Shown here: piece by piece, positions 46,357 to 56,684 of the stretch
Numbering within the stretch: the first letter of the stretch is position 1
Layout: each line of letters opens with the position of its first letter
Assembly: GCA_964449215.1 (NCBI GenBank)
Contig: CAYVAH010000001.1
Coordinates: 32,865-96,864, forward strand
From: Candidatus Undinarchaeota archaeon
Lineage (GTDB): Archaea > SpSt-1190
Direction of reading: 5' to 3'
Length of the DNA: 64,000 bases
Program-made: the position numbers and the translations under genes
Notes under the pieces: generated by a model
Told to the model about the DNA's origin: nothing
Database searches by the model: none
What the model saw: only the letters and a program-made list of their open reading frames with translations

Positions 46357-47895
46357 CTATAAAATCCTTTCCAGGTTCAGCTCAAAGGCTGCCATCGGCA
46401 TCCCAATTCTCTCAGAGATTCCAGGGAAGACCTCACCATATACACCGAAGTCAGAAACGGCAGTGCGGCCGGGCATAAAAAATGGATGTTCTCCCTGCTC
46501 CCATTTCGCATTGATGGAAAACACGGAAAGGAACCGGTCCACCACCGCTTTTATCCCCGAAAAGCCCGCACCGGCGTGAGCAACCATACCGGCAAGCCTG
46601 AGCTCCTCGGAGGGGGTGAAAACCTTCCCAATCTCAAACACCCTCTGGGGGTAATCCGCATCCTTGTTCGCCAAAAAGACATCGAATATTCCAGGGAGGA
46701 GGCTCTGCCGGAGCGCTGAATACTCACTGCTCTTTGGATTTGACACACCCAGCTCATATGGACCACAAAGAGCGAGCAAGAGGGGGGATGTCAGCATAAA
46801 TGTTTTCAGCTCGACAAACCCAAAACCAACCATCAGTTTCCGGACCTCATTTTCCAGCTCCTTCTCTCCCATGGGCTCACCCACGGAGAAGGAGTGTGGT
46901 ATCTCCCCTTTGAATTTTTCATATCCGTGTGCTATTGCAACCTCTTCAGCGATATCAATCTGACCAAAAATGTCAAGGCGATACGGGGGGACAAGAACAT
47001 CACCATCAAAACCAAGCCTCATCCTTTCCAGCCTCTCAACAACCTCATTCTTCTTCAGCTTCAAGCCAAGTATTCGGTTCACATACGAAAGATTGAGCTT
47101 CATTCTCCTTGGCAGGTAGGACGGACCTGGCGTAACAACCCCGAGCCTTCCTCCCCTTTCAGCAAGAGCCGTCGCGACAATAGCCACAATACCATCAGTT
47201 CCCTCAACGGTCCCTGTTGAGTCTATGAAAAAATTCCTGGTTTTGGGAGTAACCTTACAGAAATCGGCGTTAATTATGGGGGGCATCGAAAGAACCTGTC
47301 CCTCTGAATCCACAAGCACTGGTGCCTTCCCCTTCCCCACCAAGTGCGCGTACGCTCTCCCCTTGGCATTTGACTTCAGTATTTCCTTCCCGGTCATCTC
47401 GGACTCTTCCTCGAGGGGCTGGAACTTTATACTGTTAAGGGAAAGCTCCTTGTAAGTTATGGGGGGCTCAATCTTATCGAGGTCATAGATACCTATGCTG
47501 TATTTTTTTCTGTTCCTCCCCACGGTGGTGTGAAGCTTTTCCTGCATCTGCATGAGAGACTTTACAGCTTCACCAGACAACCTGGATCCAAGAACTGTTG
47601 AGAAGCTCAGGAACGGGCGGATTGTTGACTTTTTGACCCGGACCTCAACATCTGATGGCTCAACTTTCCAGAGAGGATACCCCGTCTCTGCCCCCAAGAA
47701 ACCGTTTAGCGAACGAGCAATCCCCTCCGTGCAGACCATGTCCATTCTGTTTGGTGAGACCTCAACCCGAAGGCCATTCTCGTCAAAGCTATCCACAGGG
47801 GTCCCGAACATGTCTAAAGCCTCGATCACCCCTTCAAGCGATTGCCTGGCCTTCAGCAAACCTGCAAGCTCCTTGAAGTTCACATCGATTATCAA
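46357..47895 (-). CDS. pheT: Phenylalanyl-tRNA synthetase beta subunit, archaeal type (revised TTG start overlapping pheS stop)
   Basis: ORF extends to 48003. The archaeal PheT N-terminus (MPxxDV.K.DLERL) aligns to (L)IIDVNFKELAGLL, which begins at TTG 47895 preceded by SD GGAGGTG. TTGA overlap with the pheS stop. Confidence 0.8.
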   Translation of the reverse strand: MIIDVNFKELAGLLKARQSLEGVIEALDMFGTPVDSFDENGLRVEVSPNRMDMVCTEGIARSLNGFLGAETGYPLWKVEPSDVEVRVKKSTIRPFLSFSTVLGSRLSGEAVKSLMQMQEKLHTTVGRNRKKYSIGIYDLDKIEPPITYKELSLNSIKFQPLEEESEMTGKEILKSNAKGRAYAHLVGKGKAPVLVDSEGQVLSMPPIINADFCKVTPKTRNFFIDSTGTVEGTDGIVAIVATALAERGGRLGVVTPGPSYLPRRMKLNLSYVNRILGLKLKKNEVVERLERMRLGFDGDVLVPPYRLDIFGQIDIAEEVAIAHGYEKFKGEIPHSFSVGEPMGEKELENEVRKLMVGFGFVELKTFMLTSPLLLALCGPYELGVSNPKSSEYSALRQSLLPGIFDVFLANKDADYPQRVFEIGKVFTPSEELRLAGMVAHAGAGFSGIKAVVDRFLSVFSINAKWEQGEHPFFMPGRTAVSDFGVYGEVFPGISERIGMPMAAFELNLERIL

Positions 47896-49277
47896 AGGAA
47901 CACCTCCCTGTCCCTGAGCCACTTCAGGTCGCTCCTGTAAAGTTCCCTTATGTCCCTCAATCCATATTTCAACATAGCTATTCTCTCTATACCCAACCCC
48001 CACGCAAGGACATGAGTATCCTTCCCGGTGAGCGGCTTCACCACCTCGGGGCGGAAGATTCCAGACCCCCCAAGTTCAATCCAGCTTTTCTTTGATTCAA
48101 ACCACACATCAACCTCTGCGGAAACCTCTGTGTAGGGGAAGTACCCCGGTCTCACACGGATCTTTGGGAAACCCAGCTTCCTGAAGAAGCTCTTCAGATA
48201 CCCAACAAGGTTGTTGAAATTCACACCCTCATCAAAAACAATTCCATCAACCTGATAAAACTCGGCAAGGTGTTTGTAATCAACAGTCTCATTCCTGAAT
48301 GCCCTGCCTATGGAAAAGACCTTGGCGGGTGGCTCCAGTTTTGAGAGCATCCTGGCCGAAACCCCGGTCATGTGGGTCCTCAAAAGTTTCCTGGTGGCTT
48401 CCTTCGGGTCCCATCCCCCCCATAAACCTTCATGAACCTTGGATACCGCCGCCGCCACCTCCGGGAGCTCTGCCTCACCCTCCATGTAGAAAGTGTCCTG
48501 CATCTCCCTTGCAGGGTGGTCCTGAGGGACGAAGAGGGCATCAAAACACCAGAACCCGCTCTCCACGTGGGGACCATCAGCCTCCATAAAACCCATCTCA
48601 AGGAAAACCCTGCGAATCTTCTCAATGATATCGGAGAGGGGATGATAGCGGCCCGCATATTTGGGTGGGACGGGAGTGTTGGGTGAAAAGGGAAGAAACT
48701 CCTTTTTCCTCCACTTCCCCCCCTTCAGAAGCCCGGGGGTGAGTTGAGTGATTGCCCCTTTCGCCTCGACCTTTTCCCCTTCTTCGGTGAGTCTGACGAG
48801 ATAATCAACTTCTTTCTTTTCCCTTGCCCACTTGCGCTTCTTTAACAGGGCCGCCTCCTTGCTCCCGGGAAGAACCTTTTTCTTCAGCGCTATCTCCTCC
48901 TCGGTCAAAGGGGGATTCTCGACAGCGGCCACAACCTTCTTTCCCTTTATCTCAACCCATTTCCTCTTCAACGCCCAGTTGAGCGCGAGCCTGTCTTCCA
49001 CCTCATCAAGTTTCTTCGGCAGTTGTTTCAACAACACCCGTTCCGGGACCCCTCTCCTGGCAACTGCCTCACCCTCCCCCGTAAGGACAATAGAAGACTT
49101 CGAAAGCTTTTCAACCTCGACCGCGCCCTTCTTACTCAAGCTGTATGCTATCCTCCCAACAGCAGACTTATCAACACCCATCTCCGGAGAAAGTTCCGAA
49201 GCAAGAGCTTCCGGCTTTCCTGTTTCCTCTTTCCTTTTTTTCAACAGCTTGACCAGTTTTGCCTCTGAGGGGTGCAC
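47892..49277 (-). CDS. pheS: Phenylalanyl-tRNA synthetase alpha subunit, archaeal/eukaryal type
   Basis: Class II motifs: motif 2 region GSGIFRPEV and motif 3 GLGIERIAMLKYG. ~461 aa with an N-terminal wHTH-like region. Confidence 0.85.
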   Translation of the reverse strand: MHPSEAKLVKLLKKRKEETGKPEALASELSPEMGVDKSAVGRIAYSLSKKGAVEVEKLSKSSIVLTGEGEAVARRGVPERVLLKQLPKKLDEVEDRLALNWALKRKWVEIKGKKVVAAVENPPLTEEEIALKKKVLPGSKEAALLKKRKWAREKKEVDYLVRLTEEGEKVEAKGAITQLTPGLLKGGKWRKKEFLPFSPNTPVPPKYAGRYHPLSDIIEKIRRVFLEMGFMEADGPHVESGFWCFDALFVPQDHPAREMQDTFYMEGEAELPEVAAAVSKVHEGLWGGWDPKEATRKLLRTHMTGVSARMLSKLEPPAKVFSIGRAFRNETVDYKHLAEFYQVDGIVFDEGVNFNNLVGYLKSFFRKLGFPKIRVRPGYFPYTEVSAEVDVWFESKKSWIELGGSGIFRPEVVKPLTGKDTHVLAWGLGIERIAMLKYGLRDIRELYRSDLKWLRDREVFL

Positions 49278-49294
49278 AAAAAGGAGTGTGTAGG

Positions 49295-49306
49295 TTCTAT
49301 AAAAGG
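49295..49306. promoter_or_regulatory. Shared TATA-like box (TTCTATAAAAGG) between divergent pheS and the regulator gene at 49325
   Basis: Located ~20-30 nt from both start codons (49277 minus, 49325 plus), consistent with leaderless divergent transcripts. Confidence 0.4.
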
Positions 49307-49324
49307 TTGTTGCGAAAGAAATAA

Positions 49325-50038
49325 GTGAAATTCACAAAGAAGCTCGGAAGGTCGGGGAAGGTCGCGGAGGTCACTGATGAACGGTCCCGCGCCTTTGACA
49401 TAGCATACTCCGGGGAGAAGGCATACCTGATAAAGGTCGTCCACAACATTGAGAGTGTCAACAGGGAGCAGGCGGAAACCATAAAGAAATGTGCCTCAGT
49501 CGTGGGTGCCGAACCCCTTTTTATAAGCGGGCACGGGAAAACCCCATTAAAGGAAAACGTCGTCTATAGGAGGCACGGAATTCCCGTTATGAAGGATAAG
49601 ACCTTCCTGAAGTTCATGAAAGGCGAAAGGACATTCTTGGCCGACCGCGGGGGCATCAAGGTCCCCATCAAGGGGCTCGGACATGCCATGAGGAAGGTTG
49701 GGATGAGCAGGTCAACACTTGCCAAGCTCGTTGGGGTAAGCGTGGAGATGGTGAGAAAATATGAAAAGGGCATGGCGCATCCGGGGGAGAAGGTGGCCGG
49801 ACGGCTGATAGACATTTTCGGGGATGGGATAGTCGAAAAACTCCATTATGAGCAGAAGGAAGTCAGGAAGGTGTATATAGGGAAGGCCCCTTTCGAAATG
49901 GCTGTGAAAAGAAAAAAGCCCATCCTGATAAGTTTCAAGTCCAGCCCGGAAAGGGTCAAGAACCTTGAAGCTGTCTCGGATGTGCTGGACGCCGAACCTG
50001 TGGTCACCAAGGACCTTGAAGGAATTGACCTGGAATAA
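49325..50038 (+). CDS. Putative archaeal transcriptional regulator with C-terminal XRE-type HTH (COG1395-like), GTG start
   Basis: HTH_XRE-like segment MSRSTLAKLVGVSVEMVRKYEKG in the second half. Overall layout resembles the conserved archaeal COG1395 family. Confidence 0.5.
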   Translation: MKFTKKLGRSGKVAEVTDERSRAFDIAYSGEKAYLIKVVHNIESVNREQAETIKKCASVVGAEPLFISGHGKTPLKENVVYRRHGIPVMKDKTFLKFMKGERTFLADRGGIKVPIKGLGHAMRKVGMSRSTLAKLVGVSVEMVRKYEKGMAHPGEKVAGRLIDIFGDGIVEKLHYEQKEVRKVYIGKAPFEMAVKRKKPILISFKSSPERVKNLEAVSDVLDAEPVVTKDLEGIDLE

Positions 50039-50048
50039 ATTTTTAAAC
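50038..50048 (+). promoter_or_regulatory. TATA box (AATTTTTAAAC) of thermosome gene
   Basis: AT-rich box ~50 nt upstream of the ATG. SD-like AGGTGA at 50083-50088. Confidence 0.45.
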
Positions 50049-50094
50049 AACCGTTTTCCCATCTAAAGTGATAGGAATTCAATAGGTGATTAAA

Positions 50095-51720
50095 ATGGCA
50101 GAAGGAAATATCAGACAGCCGGTGGTAATACTGCCGGAAAATGCACAAAGGATACTCGGGCGGGATGCCCAGAGGATAAACATAATGGCAGCCAAGGCTG
50201 TTGCGGAAGTTATACGCAGCACCCTGGGACCGAAGGGAATGGACAAAATGCTGGTGGACAACCTCGGCGACGTTGTAATAACAAATGACGGGGTGACCAT
50301 ACTTGAGACAATGGACATTGAGCACCCTGCGGCCAAGATGATAGTCGAGGTGGCAAAGGCACAGGAAGACGAGGTGGGCGATGGAACGACCACAGCCACT
50401 GTGCTGGCCGGTGAGCTGCTCAAGAGAGCAGAGGACCTTCTGGACCAGGACATACACCCCGCTGTGATAGCCCATGGATACAAGCTGGCTGCCGAGAAGG
50501 CCATGGAAGTCGTGGACAAGATAAGTTTCGAAGTAACGCTGAACGATCTGGAACTCCTGAAGAAGATTGCAAAGACCAGTATGAATGGAAGGGGAACAGA
50601 GATGGGAATAGACTACCTCGCCAAGCTATCTGTTGAAGCCATAATGAAAATAGCTGATGAGGGAGAGATAGACGTTGAAAACATAAAGATTGAAAAGAAA
50701 GCTGGCGGGAGCATGGAGGACAGCGAACTCATAGACGGGATCGTGCTCGATAAGGAAAGGGTCCACAGCGGAATGCCGCGGGTTGTCGAAGACGCCAGGA
50801 TAGCCCTGCTGAACCTCGCCCTCGAAGTGAAGGAGCCGGAGACGGACGCGCAGATACAGATAACCTCTCCAACCCAGCTGGAAACCTTCCTCGAAAAGGA
50901 GGAGGAAATGATAAAGAAAATGGTCAACAAGCTCAAGGAAGCAGGAGCAACTGCTGTCTTCTGTCAGAAGGGCATTGACGACCTGGCACAGCATCTTCTC
51001 GCAAAGGAAGGTATATTCGCCGTGAGGCGAGTGAAGAAGAGCGACATGACAGCACTGGCCAGGGCAACAGGAGGCAAGATAGTGACAGATATAAGGGACA
51101 TAAGTGAGTCAGACCTCGGGTTTGCAAAGAAAGTTGAGGAGAAGAAGGTTGCAGGGGAATCGATGACCTTTGTCGAGGGCTGCAAGGATCCGAAGGCCGT
51201 TACAATACTCCTGCGCGGTGGAACGGAGCACGTAACTGACGAAGCGGAGCGCGCCCTGAAGGACGCCATAAAAGTGCTTGCCACTGCCCTGGAAGATGGC
51301 AAGGTCGTTGCCGGCGGTGGCGCAACAGAAATCAGCGTTGGGGCGGAGCTGCTGAAGATGGCCCCGAAGGTCGGGGGAAGGGAACAGCTGGCAATCGAGG
51401 CCTTCGCGAGGGCCATGGATGTCATCCCGAGAAGCCTCGCGGAGAACGCAGGACTGAATGCAATAGACCTCCTGGTAAAGGCAAAGAGTGACCATGGATC
51501 CGGAAAAATCAGGAATGGTATAGACGTCAACAGCGGAACTGTGAAGAACATGGCGAACCTTGGAGTCATAGAACCATCAAGAGTGAAGAAACAGGCGATA
51601 AAGAGTGCAAGTGAAGCCGCGACAATGATACTCAAAATAGATGACGTCATTGCCGCGAGCAAGCTTGACAAGGGAACAGGCGACAAGGAGAATATGGGTG
51701 ATATGGGCGGCGGCTTCTAG
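50095..51720 (+). CDS. ths: Thermosome subunit (group II chaperonin)
   Basis: N-terminus [19 protein letters not shown]...[10 protein letters not shown]...ITNDGVTIL...[10 protein letters not shown] and C-terminal GDMGGGF are hallmark group II chaperonin motifs. The ORF track started at GTG 50086; ATG 50095 is preferred. Confidence 0.95.
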   Translation: MAEGNIRQPVVILPENAQRILGRDAQRINIMAAKAVAEVIRSTLGPKGMDKMLVDNLGDVVITNDGVTILETMDIEHPAAKMIVEVAKAQEDEVGDGTTTATVLAGELLKRAEDLLDQDIHPAVIAHGYKLAAEKAMEVVDKISFEVTLNDLELLKKIAKTSMNGRGTEMGIDYLAKLSVEAIMKIADEGEIDVENIKIEKKAGGSMEDSELIDGIVLDKERVHSGMPRVVEDARIALLNLALEVKEPETDAQIQITSPTQLETFLEKEEEMIKKMVNKLKEAGATAVFCQKGIDDLAQHLLAKEGIFAVRRVKKSDMTALARATGGKIVTDIRDISESDLGFAKKVEEKKVAGESMTFVEGCKDPKAVTILLRGGTEHVTDEAERALKDAIKVLATALEDGKVVAGGGATEISVGAELLKMAPKVGGREQLAIEAFARAMDVIPRSLAENAGLNAIDLLVKAKSDHGSGKIRNGIDVNSGTVKNMANLGVIEPSRVKKQAIKSASEAATMILKIDDVIAASKLDKGTGDKENMGDMGGGF

Positions 51721-51732
51721 CCGCGGCAAACC

Positions 51733-51743
51733 TTTTTTATTTT
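51733..51743 (+). terminator. Oligo-T tract (TTTTTTATTTT) just after thermosome stop; archaeal intrinsic terminator candidate
   Basis: T-run 13 nt downstream of the stop codon. Confidence 0.4.
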
Positions 51744-51759
51744 CATTTCCTTTCCTTAT

Positions 51760-52578
51760 GTGATCTCGGATTATCTCAAGGAAATGAGACTGACCCATTG
51801 GTATAAAGCCTTGATAGTTTTTTCAGGACCTCTTTTCGGTGGAGCCCTGCTTTCCTCAAGTCTCCTGAGGCTCATAATGAGCTTTTTTGCCTTTGGACTC
51901 GTGGCGAGCTCCATATATGTGATAAATGACCTCAAGGACGCTGAAAAGGACAGATTGCACCCAAAGAAGAAAGAACGACCGATAGCAAGCGGAAAAATCG
52001 ACGCAAAGAACGCAGTTATCTTCAGCAGTGCACTCCTCCTCTCTTCACTCTTACTGGCCTGGGCAGTGGATAGAACTGTCCTGTGGCTGGTTCTTTGTTA
52101 TTTTTTCCTCATGCTACTCTACACATTTTTCCTGAAGGAAATTGCTGTCATCGACGCCTTTGCGATAGCAGGGGGCTTTGTAATCAGGGCACTCGCAGGT
52201 TGCTTCGCCGCTGGGATCGAGGTGACCACATGGTTCTACCTGGTAATATTCTTCTTTGCGATATACCTGGCATTCTGCAAGAGACTGACAGAGCTGTCCC
52301 TCGCCGGGAAGGAACACAAAAACAGCCTGGCCGTCTATGAGCACCTGTCGGAAATCGGGATAGCAATCTCCGGCTCCGCAACCCTTTCAATGTATGCGAT
52401 ATACACGCTCGAAAAGAGCGGGCTGGTTATGTGGTCAGTCCCCCTCGCCTTCCTTGGGATGTTGCTGCACCTCAGGGAAACCTTTGCAGGGAAGGAAGTC
52501 CATGAAAGCCTGAAGAGCCCAGAACTCATACTGACCGGCCTTGCCTTTATCGTTATTGTTCTTCTAAGCCTTTATTAA
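51760..52578 (+). CDS. UbiA-family polyprenyl transferase, decaprenyl-phosphate phosphoribosyltransferase (DPPR synthase)-like (GTG start; alternative ATG at 51784)
   Basis: Motif VINDLKDAEKDRLHPKKKERPIASG matches the NDxxDxxxD...HPxKxxRPIAxG signature of the DPPR-synthase subgroup rather than DGGGP synthases (NKPNRPIPSG). ~8 TM segments. Confidence 0.7.
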   Translation: MISDYLKEMRLTHWYKALIVFSGPLFGGALLSSSLLRLIMSFFAFGLVASSIYVINDLKDAEKDRLHPKKKERPIASGKIDAKNAVIFSSALLLSSLLLAWAVDRTVLWLVLCYFFLMLLYTFFLKEIAVIDAFAIAGGFVIRALAGCFAAGIEVTTWFYLVIFFFAIYLAFCKRLTELSLAGKEHKNSLAVYEHLSEIGIAISGSATLSMYAIYTLEKSGLVMWSVPLAFLGMLLHLRETFAGKEVHESLKSPELILTGLAFIVIVLLSLY

Positions 52579-52648
52579 ATCGGGCGATTTCTCTGGTGGT
52601 GATGAAAAGAGGGTCGTCTGACAGGTGATGAGACCTCACTGAAACTGA

Positions 52649-55615
52649 CTAAATCAGCTCTTCTTCCTTGTCCCTGCTCGAGTAAATTCCATACGCAAGA
52701 ACAGCAAGGGCGAGTATCACACGGAAGTCCAGATTCAGCTTGACCGTGGACTTCAACAAAGCATACCGGGAATAATACATGGAGGTTATGTAGTCTCCGT
52801 GCTCATATGCATCCCTGGCTTTCTCTATATAGCCCGAAGCAAGCCTTGAACTGAGCGGGTTCAGGCTCTCAACCTGCGCAAGGAGCTCCTTGGCCTGCCC
52901 CCTGTGCTTCAATGAACGCGAGAGAAAGCTCTCAAGCCCTGCGCTCCTCACCAGGCTCATATACTTTTTCACTGCAGTCTCATCATCACCCAAGTCATGC
53001 AGTCTCTTGACCTCCTCGAGCTCTGGCAAGCGAATGCACTTTAATGGTGGAAGCCTGAAATTCTCCAGCACCTCAGAAACAACATTCGCTTCGACACACC
53101 CATATGTTGTGTAGTCAATTTTATCAGACAGGTGCTCATAGGCTTCTCCGTAGCTGGAGTACCCAAAAAGGAGGGAAGAATTCAGGGAACCATTCTGGAG
53201 TCTGAGTGGTTCACCCGGGGGTTCCAACTCGAAGTTTGATCTGAGTGCCACCCGCTTCTCCTCAAGCGGGTCAAGGGCAACCCCCACCATAGCAGGCATA
53301 TCACCGGAAACATACCTGGCAGGAATCTCAAACGACAGCTCCGCAGTTGAGTTTATAAGATTCTTCACAGTCAGTTCATCCCCGGAAGACAGGACCTCAA
53401 CAGATGGACCGAAGAAACTCACATTATGCTCGCCACAAGGAACCTCCACAAGCACTTCGGAACCGTCATAGAAGAAGGGCGCTGTTGAATTCATCCTCCT
53501 GCCACTGAATGGGTGTTCTATTGGGACAAGAACAGTCTCAAACTCACAGCCCGAAATGAAAACACACCTGGCCTCAGCTTCAAGACCATCAACAGAGTAG
53601 CTACAGTGGTGGTATGCCGGGTCCAGCAAGGACTCGTAACTTACATTGAAAATCACAATGGGCCCAACGTCCTTCAAGTTCAACCGGACAGTGTCACCGG
53701 AAAAACTCACAGAGGACAGGTAGGAGGTATCACCAACAAAGTTCTGGGAGTCTATATGCCTTGGGGGGAAGGGAAGATCCAGCACCGAGCTCGCCGAATC
53801 AAGCTGAACCCCCCAGCTGTTGTTCACGAGAACCGCGCAGTGCACATCAAAGGGCCTGCCAAGGACCGGTTTTTCAGGGTAGCACAAAACCCTGGAAGGA
53901 AGGTTTGAACTGAAGTCTTTCAGCAATTCGTCATACTTTTCCCTCATTTCCTCAAGGTATGGCTCTCTGGAAAGGTAATAGATAATGCTGTCAACATAAC
54001 CGGAAAATGCTGAAATCTTTCTGTCCTCAACCTTCACATCAACCCCCCTGTCCCTAAGAAATTGGGATAGACTCAGCAGCTCCGCCTTAATCTTCATGGC
54101 GCGATCCCTGTATTTCTCAAAAAACCTTTCCTCCACGTGATCCTTGAATGCCCTGACACCCGCAAGAACCTCGCTGGCACCTTCCCCACCGAGATTCCCA
54201 GAAAGACCGACCTTCCGCTGAAGAACCCGCAACTCATCTTTGAACTCCATAAGTTCAGAAACATCAAGATAAGGTTCAATCCTTTCCAGGAGTTCCAAGG
54301 TGAAGTTCAACTCGGATTCCGCCAGCTCCAGACTGAGCCTGTCGGCCTCATCTTGAAGCTGGTTTTCCTCAAGATATTCAATTCTCGCATCCAGGAATGC
54401 CTGGGATGTTAGGAGAAGCCTCTGTGGCAGTTCCCCGTCATACTCGCACGGCCGCCCGTATGACCTGCAAAGGGCTTCCATTGTCTCAACCTGCCCGGTG
54501 AGGTATGACCAGGCAGATGCCACCAGTCCATCCATGTAGGATCCCTCAACCAGCACCCTTTCGTACCCCAGAAACTTCTCGCCTGAACTTTTCGAAACCC
54601 GAGCGGCCTCCATCGCCCTGAAGAGCTTTTCATACGCCTCCTTCACTCCTGAAAGTGTCGGCACATCCCAGCTCGACGCCACCAACTCACCGGATCCCTG
54701 AAGCAAGGAGAGTGCCAGCCTGACTGATGAGTTTGAAAGGATTGAGTTAAGGGCCTCCGCCTGCGAAACAACCAGCGACTCCTGATCCAATTTTTTCACA
54801 GCTTCCCTTTCCCTGGAACCGAGAAACTCTGATACAGCAAGCAAGTAATCTTTCAAGTCCCGGACCCATAAAAGTCTTCTGCGGAACTCAGACATATCAG
54901 GTCTCAACAGTGCATCTTCCAGCTGACCTCTTGTGTAAAAACCCTCAGGTGTGCAGGGGGAAGTCACACCAGGAAAGTAAACAGCCAGGAGGTATCTGGG
55001 AATCGAAACGGTACCATTAGAAGTTTCTATTGAGCATGAAGGCTCAAGAGGCCTGGGAAGAATTGTCGGGGAAGACTCCAAGGGGTCCATGCCTTCCACC
55101 CTCATACGCAGATCCATGTAGGTGACCCCATTTGGGAGGGCTACCCTCCCCGAAAACTCCGAAAGATCCTCTTCTTCATCCAGCAGCTCCATAAGGAGTT
55201 CGAGGTCATTTTGCATGAACTTCCCCTGAGCTGTGTCCAGCTTATAGGCAGTTCCAACAAGACGCTCTATGCCGGACCTGAGACCCCTGCCGAAGAAACT
55301 GAGGACCATGTTTTTTATGAAGGGAACCTTCTTCTTCATAGAAAGGGAGTCCTCCTGAACCTCCCTGGCAAGCACAACTGCCTCACTCCGGAGTTTGCGG
55401 AGCTCGGCGACATCCTGCTGGAGCGAATCATAGTAAAACGCCGCCCTCCCATCAATTCCAAGTTCCCCGGCACTTGGGAGGTACGGGACCTCGGGAAGGG
55501 AAGCGAACTGTGAAGCATACTCATATGCCATGTCGCTGTCCCAGAAAAGTTGGTCCACGAGCGTTCCAGTGTAGGCAAATACAGCCAGGAACAGGAAAAT
55601 GCTAACCTTTTTCAC
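52649..55615 (-). CDS. Large extracellular protein (988 aa) with N-terminal signal peptide and C-terminal TM anchor
   Basis: N-terminus MKKVSIFLFLAVFAYTGTL. C-terminal hydrophobic ILALAVLAYGIYS followed by charged tail. Several sequons. No family recognised. Confidence 0.6.
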   Translation of the reverse strand: MKKVSIFLFLAVFAYTGTLVDQLFWDSDMAYEYASQFASLPEVPYLPSAGELGIDGRAAFYYDSLQQDVAELRKLRSEAVVLAREVQEDSLSMKKKVPFIKNMVLSFFGRGLRSGIERLVGTAYKLDTAQGKFMQNDLELLMELLDEEEDLSEFSGRVALPNGVTYMDLRMRVEGMDPLESSPTILPRPLEPSCSIETSNGTVSIPRYLLAVYFPGVTSPCTPEGFYTRGQLEDALLRPDMSEFRRRLLWVRDLKDYLLAVSEFLGSREREAVKKLDQESLVVSQAEALNSILSNSSVRLALSLLQGSGELVASSWDVPTLSGVKEAYEKLFRAMEAARVSKSSGEKFLGYERVLVEGSYMDGLVASAWSYLTGQVETMEALCRSYGRPCEYDGELPQRLLLTSQAFLDARIEYLEENQLQDEADRLSLELAESELNFTLELLERIEPYLDVSELMEFKDELRVLQRKVGLSGNLGGEGASEVLAGVRAFKDHVEERFFEKYRDRAMKIKAELLSLSQFLRDRGVDVKVEDRKISAFSGYVDSIIYYLSREPYLEEMREKYDELLKDFSSNLPSRVLCYPEKPVLGRPFDVHCAVLVNNSWGVQLDSASSVLDLPFPPRHIDSQNFVGDTSYLSSVSFSGDTVRLNLKDVGPIVIFNVSYESLLDPAYHHCSYSVDGLEAEARCVFISGCEFETVLVPIEHPFSGRRMNSTAPFFYDGSEVLVEVPCGEHNVSFFGPSVEVLSSGDELTVKNLINSTAELSFEIPARYVSGDMPAMVGVALDPLEEKRVALRSNFELEPPGEPLRLQNGSLNSSLLFGYSSYGEAYEHLSDKIDYTTYGCVEANVVSEVLENFRLPPLKCIRLPELEEVKRLHDLGDDETAVKKYMSLVRSAGLESFLSRSLKHRGQAKELLAQVESLNPLSSRLASGYIEKARDAYEHGDYITSMYYSRYALLKSTVKLNLDFRVILALAVLAYGIYSSRDKEEELI

Positions 55616-56684
55616 GCTCCCACCCCCTGCGACCCCACCAGATAAGAAGCACTGCCAGAGGTAACAACATGAGATAATTTACACCAAGCTCTCTCCTTAC
55701 AGGAGTCTTTTCCACCCAAAAATTTTCCCCCTTCAAAGGAAGGGGCCTGGAGTGAAAGCTTATATTGAGTTCCGGAAGCTTTTCAACAACCCTGGGGTGT
55801 CCATCCCCAGAAACCAGAAGAAGCGGCAATTTTTCCTCTCCTTTGGAAAATATGAGGGTTTCTTCATCTATGCTATCCAAGACATAGCCGGAAAAGCTGA
55901 GGGGGCAGTCCCTCTCAAATTCGAGAAGAGCATCATAAAGTGCAAAGAACTGGGGATCCTCAACGGAAGCCATTCTCATCAGCTCGTCCCTGTAGTCCAG
56001 AACAACTTCGTGACAAAGCGGGTATCCCTCAAGCTTCCCGGCCAGAAGCTCAAGAGCCTTCCTGCCACTTATCTTCCCTTTCATGAGAGCCTCCCCAATG
56101 GAACTGTCCCGCTCATAGACTCTGGAAGGGAAGTCCGGCACCGACCAGCTGGAAACCGCCACAAGCGACTGTGGGCGGGATTTCTCCAGGAGACCCAACA
56201 AGGTCCGCAGCGAGTTTTTACCATCACAGACATCCACCAGATAATCGTCCCAGCCATACTCATAGTATATCCTCGCCGCGGATTCAATGGAATCACAGGA
56301 ATAATTCGATGAAATTGCCGTCCCAATTGCGGCTTCCATCGCTCTCTTCGTTTCCTCATACCCGAGAGCCTCGGGAGAAAGCGAGTCAGAAACCATTCTG
56401 GACAGGAACTCCGAGCTGACCGCCCCACCGCTGTTCTTGAAAAACAGGGAATTAATGAAAAATTCTGTGGCTTTCTCAAGGGAGCGAAGGGGTTTTCCAG
56501 GGCATACTGACTTGAAAAGACCATAACTCAACCGGTCATACAAATCCGGATATGTCAACGCCGCAACCCTTGGGTCGCCGGGGGGGTATGCCCTGTGCTC
56601 CTCCTGAAAAATCACAGCATAGGGCGAGTCGCAGGCAAGAACAGAAGTTAGCACAAGAACAAAGGCGATGAACGGTTTATGCAT
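55602..56684 (-). CDS. Extracellular protein (360 aa) with signal peptide and C-terminal TM anchor
   Basis: N-terminus MHKPFIAFVLVLTSVLAC. C-terminal LMLLPLAVLLIWWGRRGWEREKG. Overlaps the downstream gene by 14 nt (operon). Confidence 0.55.
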   Translation of the reverse strand: MHKPFIAFVLVLTSVLACDSPYAVIFQEEHRAYPPGDPRVAALTYPDLYDRLSYGLFKSVCPGKPLRSLEKATEFFINSLFFKNSGGAVSSEFLSRMVSDSLSPEALGYEETKRAMEAAIGTAISSNYSCDSIESAARIYYEYGWDDYLVDVCDGKNSLRTLLGLLEKSRPQSLVAVSSWSVPDFPSRVYERDSSIGEALMKGKISGRKALELLAGKLEGYPLCHEVVLDYRDELMRMASVEDPQFFALYDALLEFERDCPLSFSGYVLDSIDEETLIFSKGEEKLPLLLVSGDGHPRVVEKLPELNISFHSRPLPLKGENFWVEKTPVRRELGVNYLMLLPLAVLLIWWGRRGWEREKG

